Assembly: GCF_009914755.1 (NCBI RefSeq)
Contig: NC_060939.1
DNA length: 64,000 bases
Direction: 5' to 3' (one strand)
Source of the DNA: the human T2T-CHM13v2.0 reference genome, Homo sapiens
Shown: positions 13,731 to 26,050 of the stretch, one piece after another
Position numbering within the stretch: the first letter of the stretch is position 1
How the letters are laid out: the number at the start of each line of letters is the position of its first letter
Notes under the pieces: generated by a model
The model's input: the letters and a program-made list of their open reading frames with translations, nothing else
Database searches by the model: none
Told to the model about the DNA's origin: nothing
Program-made: the position numbers and the translations under genes

Positions 13731-13941
13731 CAGCAATTCTCAACCAACAATGATTTTGCTTCCCAGGGCACATCTGGCAATGTATGGAGACATTTTTGGT
13801 TGTCACAACTGGGGAGTTTTACTGGTATCTAGGAGAGGCCAGGGATACTGTGAAAACATCCTAAAGGGTACAGGACTACTACCCCCCAACAGAGAATTTT
13901 CTGGCCTAAAATTTCAGTAGTACCAAGATTGGGAAATCCTG
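13731..13941. mobile_element. MER20-like hAT element
   Basis: CAGCAATTCTCAACC...GGCAATGTATGGAGACATTTTTGGTTGTCACAACTGGGG. Confidence 0.7.
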
Positions 13942-14745
13942 GCTTACAGAAAACAAACCTTGCTCTGTTCTTCTCATGCCCCCACCCCTTCTTATTTGCA
14001 CCTAGCCTTAATAAATTCACCATTAGGTGTTTCTGAGGGAACATAATGTTCTGGAAATCACCAGTATTGGAATTATAGATCTAAATCAAAGACAGAGGTT
14101 TAGAAGAGAAACCAAGAAATAGCCAAGTAGTGAGTATGGGGGAACATTACCAAGACACTTAAAAGGCTACATGGGATTTAGTTTTAGCAGGGAAAGGTTC
14201 AAAGTTTTTCCTCCAGCAAATGATTATTTCCCTGTTTTCCCAAGATAGAGTGCTGTTGTCTCTCTCAAAGGCTATAAATTAATTCACAGCATTTGAAAGA
14301 ACATCCATTCACGGCTTTTTAAAGAATATCTTTATTTACCAAATGTTCTCCTGTGGGTGGTTGCCAAGGCTACTGCCATAATGAAGGTGGGGCTGCTGTT
14401 ATTCATGTTTCCTTGTATTATGAGGGGGGCGGAAAGAACACCCATTATATTTCATTGAAATCAGCTTATTGTGTGGATCCAGGATTTCAAGCCCAGCTGA
14501 ATAAATCAGAATGTTTTCCTTAGGCATTTGTTAACTTAAAAAGACATCCTTTATAATTTTTACTTGCTCTTGACCAAAGCATAACTAAATGCAAATTTTT
14601 TGTTTTTGTTTTTCCACCAATAACCAAGAAGATGTTTTTATATTTAATGGAAAAGTGGCTCACTATACATGTAGTTCACTGTAAGTTATGTGTTGCTTGT
14701 GCCTTATTGACTGTTCTTTAATTGTTTTTGTTTGCTTGTTTTTAG

Positions 14746-14804
14746 AGAAGCTTCCGATAATCTTGCAGTGCAAAATCTGAAGGGGTCATTTTCTAATGCT
14801 TCAG
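14746..14804 (+). CDS. EIF2AK4: GCN2 coding exon (R)EASDNLAVQNLKGSFSNAS(G)
   Basis: ttttag|...|gtataa, 59 nt, phases match both neighbours. Confidence 0.97.
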
Positions 14805-15698
14805 GTATAATTACTAATTATAATCTGAACATAATGATGCTTATATGTTTGCTCTAAGCACTTATTACTGTAGCTAACTGCTTGTGACACTGGAAATCTA
14901 TTTTTAAAATAACATATACGCAATAAATTGTACCACATGGGATGCATCCCTATGCTTTGAAATCCACATCCTAGAAAAGGATAAAACAACTGGAATTTAG
15001 CTGACTCTTCTACTCTATCTCTTATTTTTACAAGTGATTTAATCTTCCTTTTACTCAATTTATTGTACAAGTGAAATGTGTATAATTTTCCTGGAGATTT
15101 TCCTCATACAGAGGATTGAAGGAAGTATTTTGAAATCCCTTGAAGAAGGACACTATACACATTTTGTTTTCGTGAAAGCCAAGAGGGCACAGTGGTGATA
15201 GTTATGCCTTTGCTTTCATCACCTCTAGCAACCTTACTTCTTTTTTAAAGAAGTGTTCCAATTAAGGCCATGAGAAGACATATTTGGCTTTTAACAGAAT
15301 TGAGTCTTTCCCATTCTCTTCTGTTAGCACTAACTTTGTGTTGCCATCAGATTTCCAATTCTTGCAGGAATTTAAAGAAGTATGCAGGTTTGGTGATATT
15401 CAGCTTGATTTTCTTAGGCCCCTGAGGTTTTGATGACTCCTGTTGCCTCCCTGCCCCTTCCACCACCCCCCAACCCCTGCCTGAGGAGAGAAGCATCAAA
15501 ACTGCTGGGTGTTGGGGTTCTGGGCTCCTCACCTATCCGGTGCAGATGGTTGTAGGGATAGAAAACACAGCCCAGTCGTGATCTAGCCCTTAGAATCACG
15601 ACAGGATGTCTACTAATAAACTCTGCCATCTCTCTGTAGTATGTTGTAGAAAGTGGGACCAGATAAGGCCATAAATTCTGAAACTCTCTTTGTCTCAG

Positions 15699-15796
15699 GT
15701 TTGTTTGAAATCCATGGAGCAACAGTGGTTCCCATTGTGAGTGTGCTAGCCCCGGAGAAGCTGTCAGCCAGCACTAGGAGGCGCTATGAAACTCAG
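15699..15796 (+). CDS. EIF2AK4: GCN2 coding exon (G)LFEIHGATVV...RRRYETQ, start of the C-terminal domain
   Basis: tctcag|...|gtacac, 98 nt. Confidence 0.97.
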
Positions 15797-16245
15797 GTAC
15801 ACTGGGTCAGGGTTTCTTTGGCTTTCTAATATGAGTTACAGAAGAGAAAAACAACAACAGGAAAGGAAAATAAGATAAACATGGAATTTCTTGGAAATAT
15901 TTTTTCCAAGAAAAAAATTTTTCTTCCAACTTGCCTAACTGGGTGGCTTCTGGCTCCAGGATTCCCATCTGTCCTTCAGAGAGGGGCCATTGTGCACTGT
16001 GGGCACCTCAAGGCAGCTGTTGTCAGAGTGACTGCATCTAAATGAAAACTATCTAATCTGGCTCTAAAGGTAGTTGAGGTTTGTTTGTGCTCTAAATAGC
16101 AAAGTAGAAGAGGCCGATGACAAGACTTAAGGCAGGCTTCTCATTCCATACATGGTTTCGGCATTTGCTATATGCCTACTGGTGTGCTAAGGGCTGTGTA
16201 AAATGTAGAAAACATTAACATGGCCCCAGTCCTCAAAAGAGTTTA

Positions 16246-16591
<346 letters not shown>

Positions 16592-17036
16592 CTACAGTAG
16601 AACACTGAGTTAAATTTATAGAATATGAATGTTAGAGTATGCTGTGGACATATGCAAAAGAGTGAGTGTTAAAAGAGAGCAGTCAATTTTAGAAATGTAA
16701 TCAGACTGAAATACAAAAATCAGGTACTTTATTTTTGTAAGCTCTTCTAGCTGTTTCTCAGGATTTGGGTGGAAACCTATTTTTCCCGTCTTCCTACTGC
16801 CTTCATCACCTACCAAGTTTCAGTTCTCACGCCATGTCCTCATTGCTGCCACCTCTCCCTTTTTCCCAATTTAGCTTCATACTATCATCTCTCTGTCTCT
16901 GTGTGCACTGTTTCACTGCGCTACGCCTTTATAAGGAATCATTTCAAAATTATGAAGAGATAATTGACAAGGATTATTAAACAAATGGTCAAGATAAGTT
17001 ATAAAAACCTCATTTCCCCTGAGATCATATTGCTAG

Positions 17037-17378
<342 letters not shown>

Positions 17379-17508
17379 TAGACACCATTTGGAATCCTTT
17401 CTAGGCTTTGGTATGTAACCCTGTGATTGTATCCTGGGATAGGAAATAAGATGGCAAGAAAGATGGCTTGGTTTAACATGTTCTGAATTCCATTTTCTTA
17501 CTATTTAG

Positions 17509-17577
17509 GTACAAACTCGACTTCAGACCTCCCTTGCCAACTTACATCAGAAAAGCAGTGAAATTGAAATTCTGGCT
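17509..17577 (+). CDS. EIF2AK4: GCN2 coding exon VQTRLQTS...EIEILA
   Basis: atttag|...|gtaagt, 69 nt. Confidence 0.97.
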
Positions 17578-18096
17578 GTAAGTGGCTTTCTTTAGTATTT
17601 TGAAGGTGGCTTCTGTCCATACTGTCAAAGTAGTTGCCTCAGGGTTCAGAGCTTTTTTGCTCAGTGTCAGCAGAATTTGGATGCAGGCCTTATTGTGATG
17701 TGAACTACACGCAATTTAAAACTATTAAGAACTAGGGGGAGAATTTAAGGTTTTTTGTTTCTCCTCTTTGTTCCTCTTTAAGATAGAGGAAAATGAAAAC
17801 AAAAGTCATTTTCCTACATATATCAGGCCTTTGCCTTGCTAAGCTTACACCGAATACATGTAGCAGCGTCAGACCTTTCGGGTGTGGTGTAGAGGGACAG
17901 GGAGTACAGTTTCCACTGCTTATTAATTCTCCAGGGCTAAGATCTTATCACTGCACAGTTCATTAAGCCCTTTTATAGCACAATAGCATCTCAGACTCTG
18001 CAAACCCTATTCATACTGCTGCATTTCACGTGACACTATGGTCACAAGGCAGTATTGTGCTGCTGAGAGTTGATGTACATTTGTGTGTATTCACAG

Positions 18097-18141
18097 GTGG
18101 ATCTACCCAAAGAAACAATATTACAGTTTTTATCATTAGAG
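18097..18141 (+). CDS. EIF2AK4: GCN2 coding exon VDLPKETILQFLSLE
   Basis: tcacag|...|gtaagc, 45 nt. Confidence 0.97.
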
Positions 18142-18399
18142 GTAAGCAATATGAACTCTTCTGCACTGTGGCCTTTAAGATCCCAAATCTTTGCTATTAG
18201 TTTGCCAAAATACTGAAGACGGCATTCATTAGTGATAGTATTTTTCTGGCAGCTGCAGGAATTTAGTAACATTTTTCCTTTTATGTAACATATATGTTCC
18301 TAAATCCTATGTTGAAGGACTCATACTTTTCTAGTGACTTTATTTTTCAGATACTTATTTTATTAAAAACAAAAAACAAAAACAAAAAAACACATATAC

Positions 18400-18625
18400 T
18401 GCTTTTACTATGTGTCAGGGTCTGGCAGGCCTTGTTGTAAGCATTTTACAAGTAGTAACTCATTTAATCATTACCACCCCAAAATGTAGATACTGTTATT
18501 ATCCCTTTACAGAGTACGGAAGTAGAGAGGTTAAATATCTTACCCACAGTCACCCAGCTAGTAAGTAGTAGAACCAGGATTTGAACCTAAGCAGACTAGC
18601 AGAATCGGTGTTCTTAACCACTATA
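18400..18625 (-). mobile_element. MIR
   Basis: CATTTAATC...AGAGAGGTTAAATATCTTACCCACAGTCACCCAGCTAGTAAGT...GGATTTGAACC MIR core. Confidence 0.75.
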
Positions 18626-19084
18626 CTATACTATCTCTCAAACCTCCATTCCAGCTAGGGAAGCTCATTTGCAGATTAGTACTATACAAAACAAAATCCT
18701 TTTGTAAAAATTAATTAGGTCCTTTATAAATATATATATATTTTTACAGGTACATCCCTTTATCATCAAATAGCCTAAATAAGAACTTTAAAAATTTGAA
18801 TAGTTATCTTTGCTATTAAGAACACTCAACTATAGTCATAGCTACAGGTGACTTTTGCAACATGTCATATCAAAGAATACTTTTTTGTCTATCCAGAGTG
18901 TTTAGTCACAAATTAAATTAGATTAATAGTGAACTTAGCCCTAGAACTAGTATTTTATATATCATTTGTTGTTCTCTTACAAATAAGCATATACCACTGT
19001 CTCACTGGCAGTGTACTGATTTATGATCCAGTCAAATGGATATACTTAAGAGCTGCTATCACCGTTGTACAAAAAGTAAACAGA

Positions 19085-19387
<303 letters not shown>

Positions 19388-19665
19388 GTAAACGGTAGGC
19401 AGAAATAACTGCTCTAAAGTCACATCAGCACACTAGGGCTGCAGCATTGTTAATCAGGCTCTAATTAGGGAGTCTTGTTTTAAGGAAAACTGGTGCTTCA
19501 GAGGAACCCCAGCAGTCTCCTAACTGGTTCTGCTATCTCCCTATTACTGATTCTCCTGGTATACTTGAAGAGGGAAATGACACTGGAATTTCATTAGTGA
19601 CCCAGAAAAAACCAGCTAGTAAACCCTAGAGACCTGTTGTTAAGTCTTATCTATTTTTTTCCTAG

Positions 19666-19784
19666 TGGGATGCTGATGAACAGGCATTTAACACAACTGT
19701 GAAGCAGCTGCTGTCACGCCTGCCAAAGCAAAGATACCTCAAATTAGTCTGTGATGAAATTTATAACATCAAAGTAGAAAAAAA
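19666..19784 (+). CDS. EIF2AK4: GCN2 coding exon WDADEQAF...YNIKVEK(K)
   Basis: tcctag|...|gtaagt, 119 nt. Confidence 0.98.
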
Positions 19785-20366
19785 GTAAGTTATCACTTGG
19801 GCATAGCAGGGTTCACATGGTTAAAATTCAGGGCGGGGGGTTTCAGAGTGACATTATTTTGTTGTCTTGTTGAGGTTTGACGCCTGGTAAGCTGTTCTTA
19901 GAATTGCAGCTGACAACCAATAAATCTTGCTTGGACTGTGAATCACAGTCATGATCTCATCAATAACAAAACACAGGGGTCCTAGGAGTAGCTGTCCCAA
20001 TTACAATTTTGTTCACCCAGGTAATTCACTTTCTAAGTATGTTTAAATCAAAGAAAATAACCATGACTACTTTGCTGTATGTCCTTATGTCATAATGCCA
20101 ATCAATCAATCAATCATTCATGTTATCATACACTTAAAAGGCAACAAGGAAGCCTATGAGGTGAATGGTTATCTCCTTACTAGGACCTTATACTGCAGAC
20201 CCCTGTCAGTCACACCTTGTATAAAACCTATATAATTTTTTAATGACTAGCCTTCCATCTTGTTTTTGCTTAAATAAAGCTCCTACAGGTGTTATAAAAA
20301 TTTATTAGCTCTGTTCTTCACTCATTAAACTGAGTCTGTCCTTATATCTTTTCTTTTCTTTTGCAG

Positions 20367-20424
20367 GGTGTCTGTGCTATTTCTGTACAGCTATAGAGAT
20401 GACTACTACAGAATCTTATTTTAA
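20367..20424 (+). CDS. EIF2AK4: GCN2 last coding exon (K)VSVLFLYSYRDDYYRILF*
   Basis: ttgcag| acceptor; TAA at 20422-20424; matches the recalled GCN2 C-terminus. Confidence 0.98.
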
Positions 20425-20527
20425 CCCTAAAGAACTGTCGTTAACCTCATTCAAACAGACAGAGGCTTATACTGGAATAATGGAATGTTGTACATTCATC
20501 ATAATTTAAAATTAAATTCTAAGAAGA

Positions 20528-20836
<309 letters not shown>

Positions 20837-20913
20837 CTAAGAAGCTGTCCTACAAAGTTGAGCTTTGTTAGTTTTTCATGTGTAATATATTATAAATTTA
20901 TCTTTTGGGATAT

Positions 20914-20919
20914 AATAAA
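20914..20919 (+). terminator. EIF2AK4: EIF2AK4 polyadenylation signal AATAAA
   Basis: First AATAAA after the stop, with U-rich sequence on both sides. Confidence 0.8.
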
Positions 20920-21089
20920 TGCTTTCATATACCTGCTTTTTAATTGTAAATCTATTAACACTAAAGGTTTTAGGGAGCTGGAACATAAGGTAAATAGCCT
21001 TTTCTTCCCTTGGCTGTAATGACTAAGCACATGAAAATATCCAAACCAAAGGGCATAAAGAAACCAAAAATCATAATTACTTTGGAACC

Positions 21090-21095
21090 TTTATT
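21090..21095 (-). terminator. SRP14: Candidate distal SRP14 poly(A) signal (AATAAA on minus)
   Basis: TTTATT on plus. Confidence 0.55.
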
Positions 21096-21392
21096 CTTGA
21101 TGACTTTGTAGTATGTTTCTCCTAAGGTGGTTAAACAAACTCTCATTTGACTGTGAGAACTCATCGAAACTGGGGAACCATGATGATAAAATTATACAGC
21201 CAGGTGGGAAGCAGCTCATGAGATAACATGACTTTTTATAAAACTGTCAGGTTTCAATTCTAATAACCTAGAAGATATTATAGAGCTAAAGCCTATTCAT
21301 TAATCACATCATTCTAGATTTAGTAGTTATTGCCAGAACTATTAAAATGGGTTGGGAAAGGAATAAAGAGACAGTGCTGATAAACAGACATG

Positions 21393-21398
21393 TTTAAT
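21393..21398 (-). terminator. SRP14: Candidate proximal SRP14 poly(A) signal (ATTAAA on minus)
   Basis: TTTAAT on plus with GU/U-rich downstream sequence on minus (TGTCTGTTT...CTGTCTCTTT). Confidence 0.6.
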
Positions 21399-21669
21399 GA
21401 TAGCTTGCTCTTCACAGAGATGTCTACAGAGACTTTTAATCTATAATCCAGGAGTATATAACCATGCAGCACAGACCAATTAGCCAAATGCAAAATAAAC
21501 TAGATTCTTACCACAACTATCCTATAAACACTGCAACTATTCTTTCCAAAAGGACCCTAATCTTATGTGAAAACACCTACTGTGGGGGAACCAGAAACCT
21601 AGCTATCTGGCCAAAAGGAAAAAATAGCAATTCAGTGGTTAATTGGTGAAAGCAGGAAATGTATGCCCT

Positions 21670-21732
21670 TTACTGTGCTGCTGTTGCTGCTGTTGTTGCT
21701 GCTGTTGTTGCTGCTGTTGCTGCTGCGGCAGG

Positions 21733-21763
<31 letters not shown>

Positions 21764-21837
21764 GTCTTCTTAGTTTTGTTCTTTTTGTCTCTCTTCTTCA
21801 ACCCATCCATGTTAGCTCTAAGGAGGTTTGAATAAGC
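21670..21837 (-). CDS. SRP14: SRP14 exon 5: AYSNLLRANMDG...Ala/Thr tail, stop
   Basis: tttcag| acceptor on minus; 55 codons + TAA. Confidence 0.99.
21673..21759. repeat. SRP14: Imperfect coding GCA/ACA trinucleotide repeat (Ala/Thr tail)
   Basis: (TGC/TGT)n on plus. Confidence 0.95.
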
Positions 21838-22322
21838 CTGAAAGATACAACAGAGCATACCTTAGTGGGAAGATGTGCAAACTGGCAGAACACCAGCCCT
21901 ATCTGCATAATGGATTTAGGGTAGCCAAAAATCAGGAAAGAATATAGCACCATTGGACACTTGTACCGGAAAATGGTATAAGCATAAAACACTCTTTCAC
22001 ATTATAGCAGCTTCTGCAACACCCACAGACAGTTGCACACATTTTTTACGTTTTTTTCCAAGGGAAAATTGCAGGCAACTTCTTGTTCAACTATAGTATA
22101 GGTAGCATGTATCTACAGCCTAAGACAAAATCTAACTTAAAAAAACTAGAAAGGAAGACGGTATTAGCGTTGAAATTCACACCCTGGCAGCTTTTACTTG
22201 AAACATACTGGTAAAACTTATCTCCGGAGAGCAGTGAACCCAAGTATCAATCTTACCCAGTGTTCACTATCATACTGACTCTTGCCCTGAGAAGGGAAAC
22301 ATAAGGAACACCCAAAACTCAC

Positions 22323-22355
22323 CATCTGAAACTTATTCACTTCCTTGGAGCTCAC
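22323..22355 (-). CDS. SRP14: SRP14 exon 4: VSSKEVNKFQM
   Basis: tttcag|...|gtgagt on minus, 33 nt. Confidence 0.98.
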
Positions 22356-22616
22356 CTGAAAAAGAAGGAAAAAAGAGGTCATACCTATTATCCATATAAG
22401 CATCCTCTTCTCCACCCCAGATAGTATCTCAAAAGCCTCCGGAAGACAATATCCTTATCTTTAAAATACTTCTCCCCAACTTCAGGGTTCATAATACACG
22501 AATGGTTATTTTTCTACTCTACTTTCCTCTGCCTAGAGAACAAGAAAAGGAGCTCTGCATCTTTTTCCACATGAGAATTGCACCAAGAGGTGAAAGGCAG
22601 TAGGCTCCTTTTGGGG

Positions 22617-22648
<32 letters not shown>
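22617..22648. repeat. A32 mononucleotide run (U32 in SRP14 intron 3)
   Basis: Directly visible; no adjacent Alu body. Confidence 0.95.
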
Positions 22649-22651
<3 letters not shown>

Positions 22652-23551
22652 TTGTTTCTCACCTCTTGAAATCCCTTAGAAAGGTGGCATTGGGTTTTCT
22701 CCCTGGGTTCTGAGAAAAGTCAGAGGACTTCTCAGTATTAATTTTTTATACATTAATAGAAGATATATTTAAACTACTCCCTCCCCATCTTATTTTTAAA
22801 CCTGCCTTCCATTAATTCAAGCATATTTAAGCACAATGCGAGCTACCACAAAATAAATTCTACCTCTGAAGAACACTCCTTAGGTTTTTGTTATTTCATG
22901 ATATCTAACTTAATCTGTAAAACCACATAAGCTTGTTTTACTGTAGAAGTCCTCTCAAGATAACTTGTCGTGGGAGACTTCCAACTAAGTATAGTCTACA
23001 TTTTCATGCAGTCAGTATCCTACACTAATGTGATTTCTGCCACAGCAGAATAAAGTAGTATTCACTCAATTCAAGGAGCCTCTTCCTTTGCCTTATTCAA
23101 CCTCCACTGAAAGACTAGGGCTCTTGACTAAATGTATATTTTCTCAAGTGTCAAACCTAACATCTAGCTGCACATTCGCCATGTGAACCACAAAGATAAG
23201 GAAATAATAGCATCACCTGGTACCAAGAAACTGCTTATTGAAGGCCCAGCACAGTAAGGGGCTAAGGAATCAAATATTTATGCCAGCTGCTCCTTACAGT
23301 ACTACGAATAAGGACCAATATGCTACTTTCATTTCCACAAGAGCTTTAGCAGAACTAACGACTGTCTGACCTCTACCTTCTTATTTTATTCTTGAGGTTT
23401 CCACTACTAAAGTATAGGAAGGTCCTGGTCTCAAAAATAGCCACACAGGGCAAAAGGGAAAAACAAATAAAAGCCTGGTTCAGAAACGCCCCATCCTCTG
23501 TTAAGTTCAAGTCTTTACATTTCAAAAGACAGCCTTAGAAATTAAGCTCAC

Positions 23552-23664
23552 CACAGTGCTGATCTTCTTCTTCCCATCGGTAGCTCTTAACAGACACTTG
23601 TTGTCTGCGGGCTCAAAGCCCTCCACAGTACCTTTCTTTGGAATGGGTTTGGTTCGACCGTCAT
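23552..23664 (-). CDS. SRP14: SRP14 exon 3: (Y)DGRTKPIPKK...KKKISTV
   Basis: cttcag|...|gtgagc on minus, 113 nt. Confidence 0.98.
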
Positions 23665-24145
23665 CTGAAGGAAAAAATGCATCCTGGTGAACACGGCTGC
23701 GTACGTGGCTGAGCGGCAGACAAACAGTTAAAACAGAGGAGTGGGGTAAGTGATGACCTAATCCAGCCCCGCTGCTCTAGTTTTGTTAAACACCTCATCT
23801 GCTATCACGGTCTGGCGAAACCCTGGAGAAACTATTATTTCCACGACGGAAACATGTAATATCGAAGCACGTTAAATTCCACTCAAAGTGGCGGCGTCTG
23901 GGATCCCTGACAAAGAGCCCTGGGCTGCTTGGGGCCCATTGTTACCAGAAGCAACCTAGGCGGCTCAGTGCTGGGGACTGAGCCAGCTACAATCCCTACT
24001 ATTTTCCGGGCCCGAAGCCCCGAATGTGCTCAGTACAGGGTGGGGAAAGGTAGAGGAAGGCGGCGGTCCGCGGCAGACAGACTCCGGTGGCTCCCAGACA
24101 CCGGGAACCCAGGGAGCATCGCCCGGCTCCCCTCCCGCTGCTTAC

Positions 24146-24218
24146 ACTTCTTCAAGGTGATATAGACGCTGCCCGACGTCCGGCACTTCTGGAAAAGTCT
24201 GGTCAGCTCCGTCAGGAA
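24146..24218 (-). CDS. SRP14: SRP14 exon 2: FLTELTRLFQ...YITLKK(Y)
   Basis: ttccag|...|gtaagc on minus, 73 nt. Confidence 0.98.
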
Positions 24219-24362
24219 CTGGAAAACAACAGGCCCAGCCCCGTTAGCCAGCCCCAAATCCTCGTCCTGCCGCGTCAAGGCCCTGGTCCTCCTGCAGGAG
24301 GCACAGGTCTCGAGTAACGCCTGAGCCGCCCCCTTCCCTCGGCCGGCCAGGCCTAGCCATAC

Positions 24363-24386
24363 CTGCTCGCTCTCCAACAACACCAT
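24363..24386 (-). CDS. SRP14: SRP14 exon 1 coding part: MVLLESEQ
   Basis: ATG at 24386-24384 in strong Kozak context (GCCGCGATGG); |gtatgg donor. Confidence 0.98.
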
Positions 24387-24699
24387 CGCGGCGACGCTGG
24401 CTCGACTCCCTCCGCTTAAGCCCCTAGCAGTGAGAGCCGGAAGTTCGGCCTAGGCTGGGCGGGACTTCCGCTACTAGACTTCCATTGTCTTCCACCAATC
24501 TCTTCTCTTCCACCAATCCCGGCCTGCGCCCTCCCCCCTCCCCGCCCGCCTAGCGCCCGCGCCCTGGGACGTCCGGGGGCCTGTGACCCGGAGGCGCTGG
24601 GGCTGTCCTGGGTCGTCATGCGAGAAATCGTCTCACCCCAGCCAGTGTGACGGAGTGAGAGCAAAAGAAAGTTTTGATAGCAGCGTACGATTTATATTC

Positions 24700-24875
24700 A
24701 GCTGTATGCTGGGCAGGTAACCTAACAACTCAGTGACTCAGTTTCCTTATCCATAAAGTAAGGGTAATGATAGTATCTACCGCGCAGTGTGGTCGTGAAG
24801 CGTAAATGAAACTCAGATTAAATACGTAGAACAGTGCCTGGCACATAGAGCGTGTTCAGTAGGTATCAGCTATTG
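24700..24875 (+). mobile_element. MIR
   Basis: GGGCAGGTAACCTAAC..CTCAGTTTCCTTATCCATAAA..ACAGTGCCTGGCACATAG. Confidence 0.75.
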
Positions 24876-24964
24876 TTCTTTTCATTATTGTCATTATAAG
24901 TTCCTGTAGAGATCCTTTAAACTCTCCCTAAACGCTGACCTGCAGCTCTAGCCAGAAGGGCTGG

Positions 24965-25295
<331 letters not shown>

Positions 25296-25399
25296 TTAGT
25301 TCTACCTCTGATTAGTCAGGAGAACTAGGTTGTAAGCCCTCTCTGCCACTAGCCAACTTGAACCCTGGGCCCTCTATAAAGTCAAGCATTCCACCACAC

Positions 25400-26050
25400 A
25401 AGAGGTTTTCGCTGAGTGCCTCTCAGTCTGTGCCAGGCACGGTTGTAGAGGTTGGGGATGCAGCAGGATAAGAAAAGCTAAGTTCCTGGTTTCCTGGAAG
25501 TTGGGTTAAAGGGGCAGGGAGGAAATAAACAATGAAGCAAACAAGTAAGTAGTACAGCTTCAGATAATGAATTCCGTGAGACAGCCTAAGCAGGGCTGTA
25601 TAATGAGAGTGGGAAGGGGACTGCCTGGGTTGGGGTCAGGGGAGTTCTCGTCGAAAAGGAGAACTTTGAGTTGAAAGCTGAAAGGACCAGCCATCCAAAG
25701 ATCTAGGGACACAGTGTTTCAGACACAGGGAACGGCTAGAGCAAAACCTTCAAAGGGGAAACAAGTTGCCCTGTGTCTGTAAGACTGGCAGGTGCGGGTG
25801 GGGGTGAGGAGGGCTTGTGGAGCAAGGAGTAAAGGAGTATGGAGAGGTAGCTGGGGACCAGATTATGTAGGGCCCGTGACCATAGTAAGCCTGGATTTTG
25901 TTCTAGATACAAAGAGAAGACTCGTTAAGGAAGTTTTCAACAGAACACTGAAAATCTGATTTATATTTTTTAAAGATCCCCCTGTCTGTGTTGTGGAGAA
26001 TGCACTGTAGAGAGACAGGGCAGGAAATGAGGAGCCCAGTTAGGAGATTC
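25400..26050. mobile_element. L2 fragment
   Basis: TGTGCCAGGCAC...AGATCCCCCTG..TGTGTTGTGGAGAATG..GAGCCCAGTTAGGAG L2-like blocks. Confidence 0.6.

Larger units (their letters stand above)
23890..24660. promoter_or_regulatory. CpG island / bidirectional SRP14 - SRP14-DT promoter
   Basis: High CpG; CCGGAAGT 24437-24444, GGGCGGG 24457-24463, ACTTCCG 24464-24470, CCAAT 24495-24499 and 24513-24517. Confidence 0.88.

Noticed and set aside
18026-18034. TCACGTGAC CLEAR/E-box-like motif in an EIF2AK4 intron
   Set aside because: Single short motif outside any promoter context; chance occurrence is likely
21643-21831. Poly-Cys ORF on plus
   Set aside because: Antisense reading of the SRP14 Ala-tail repeat
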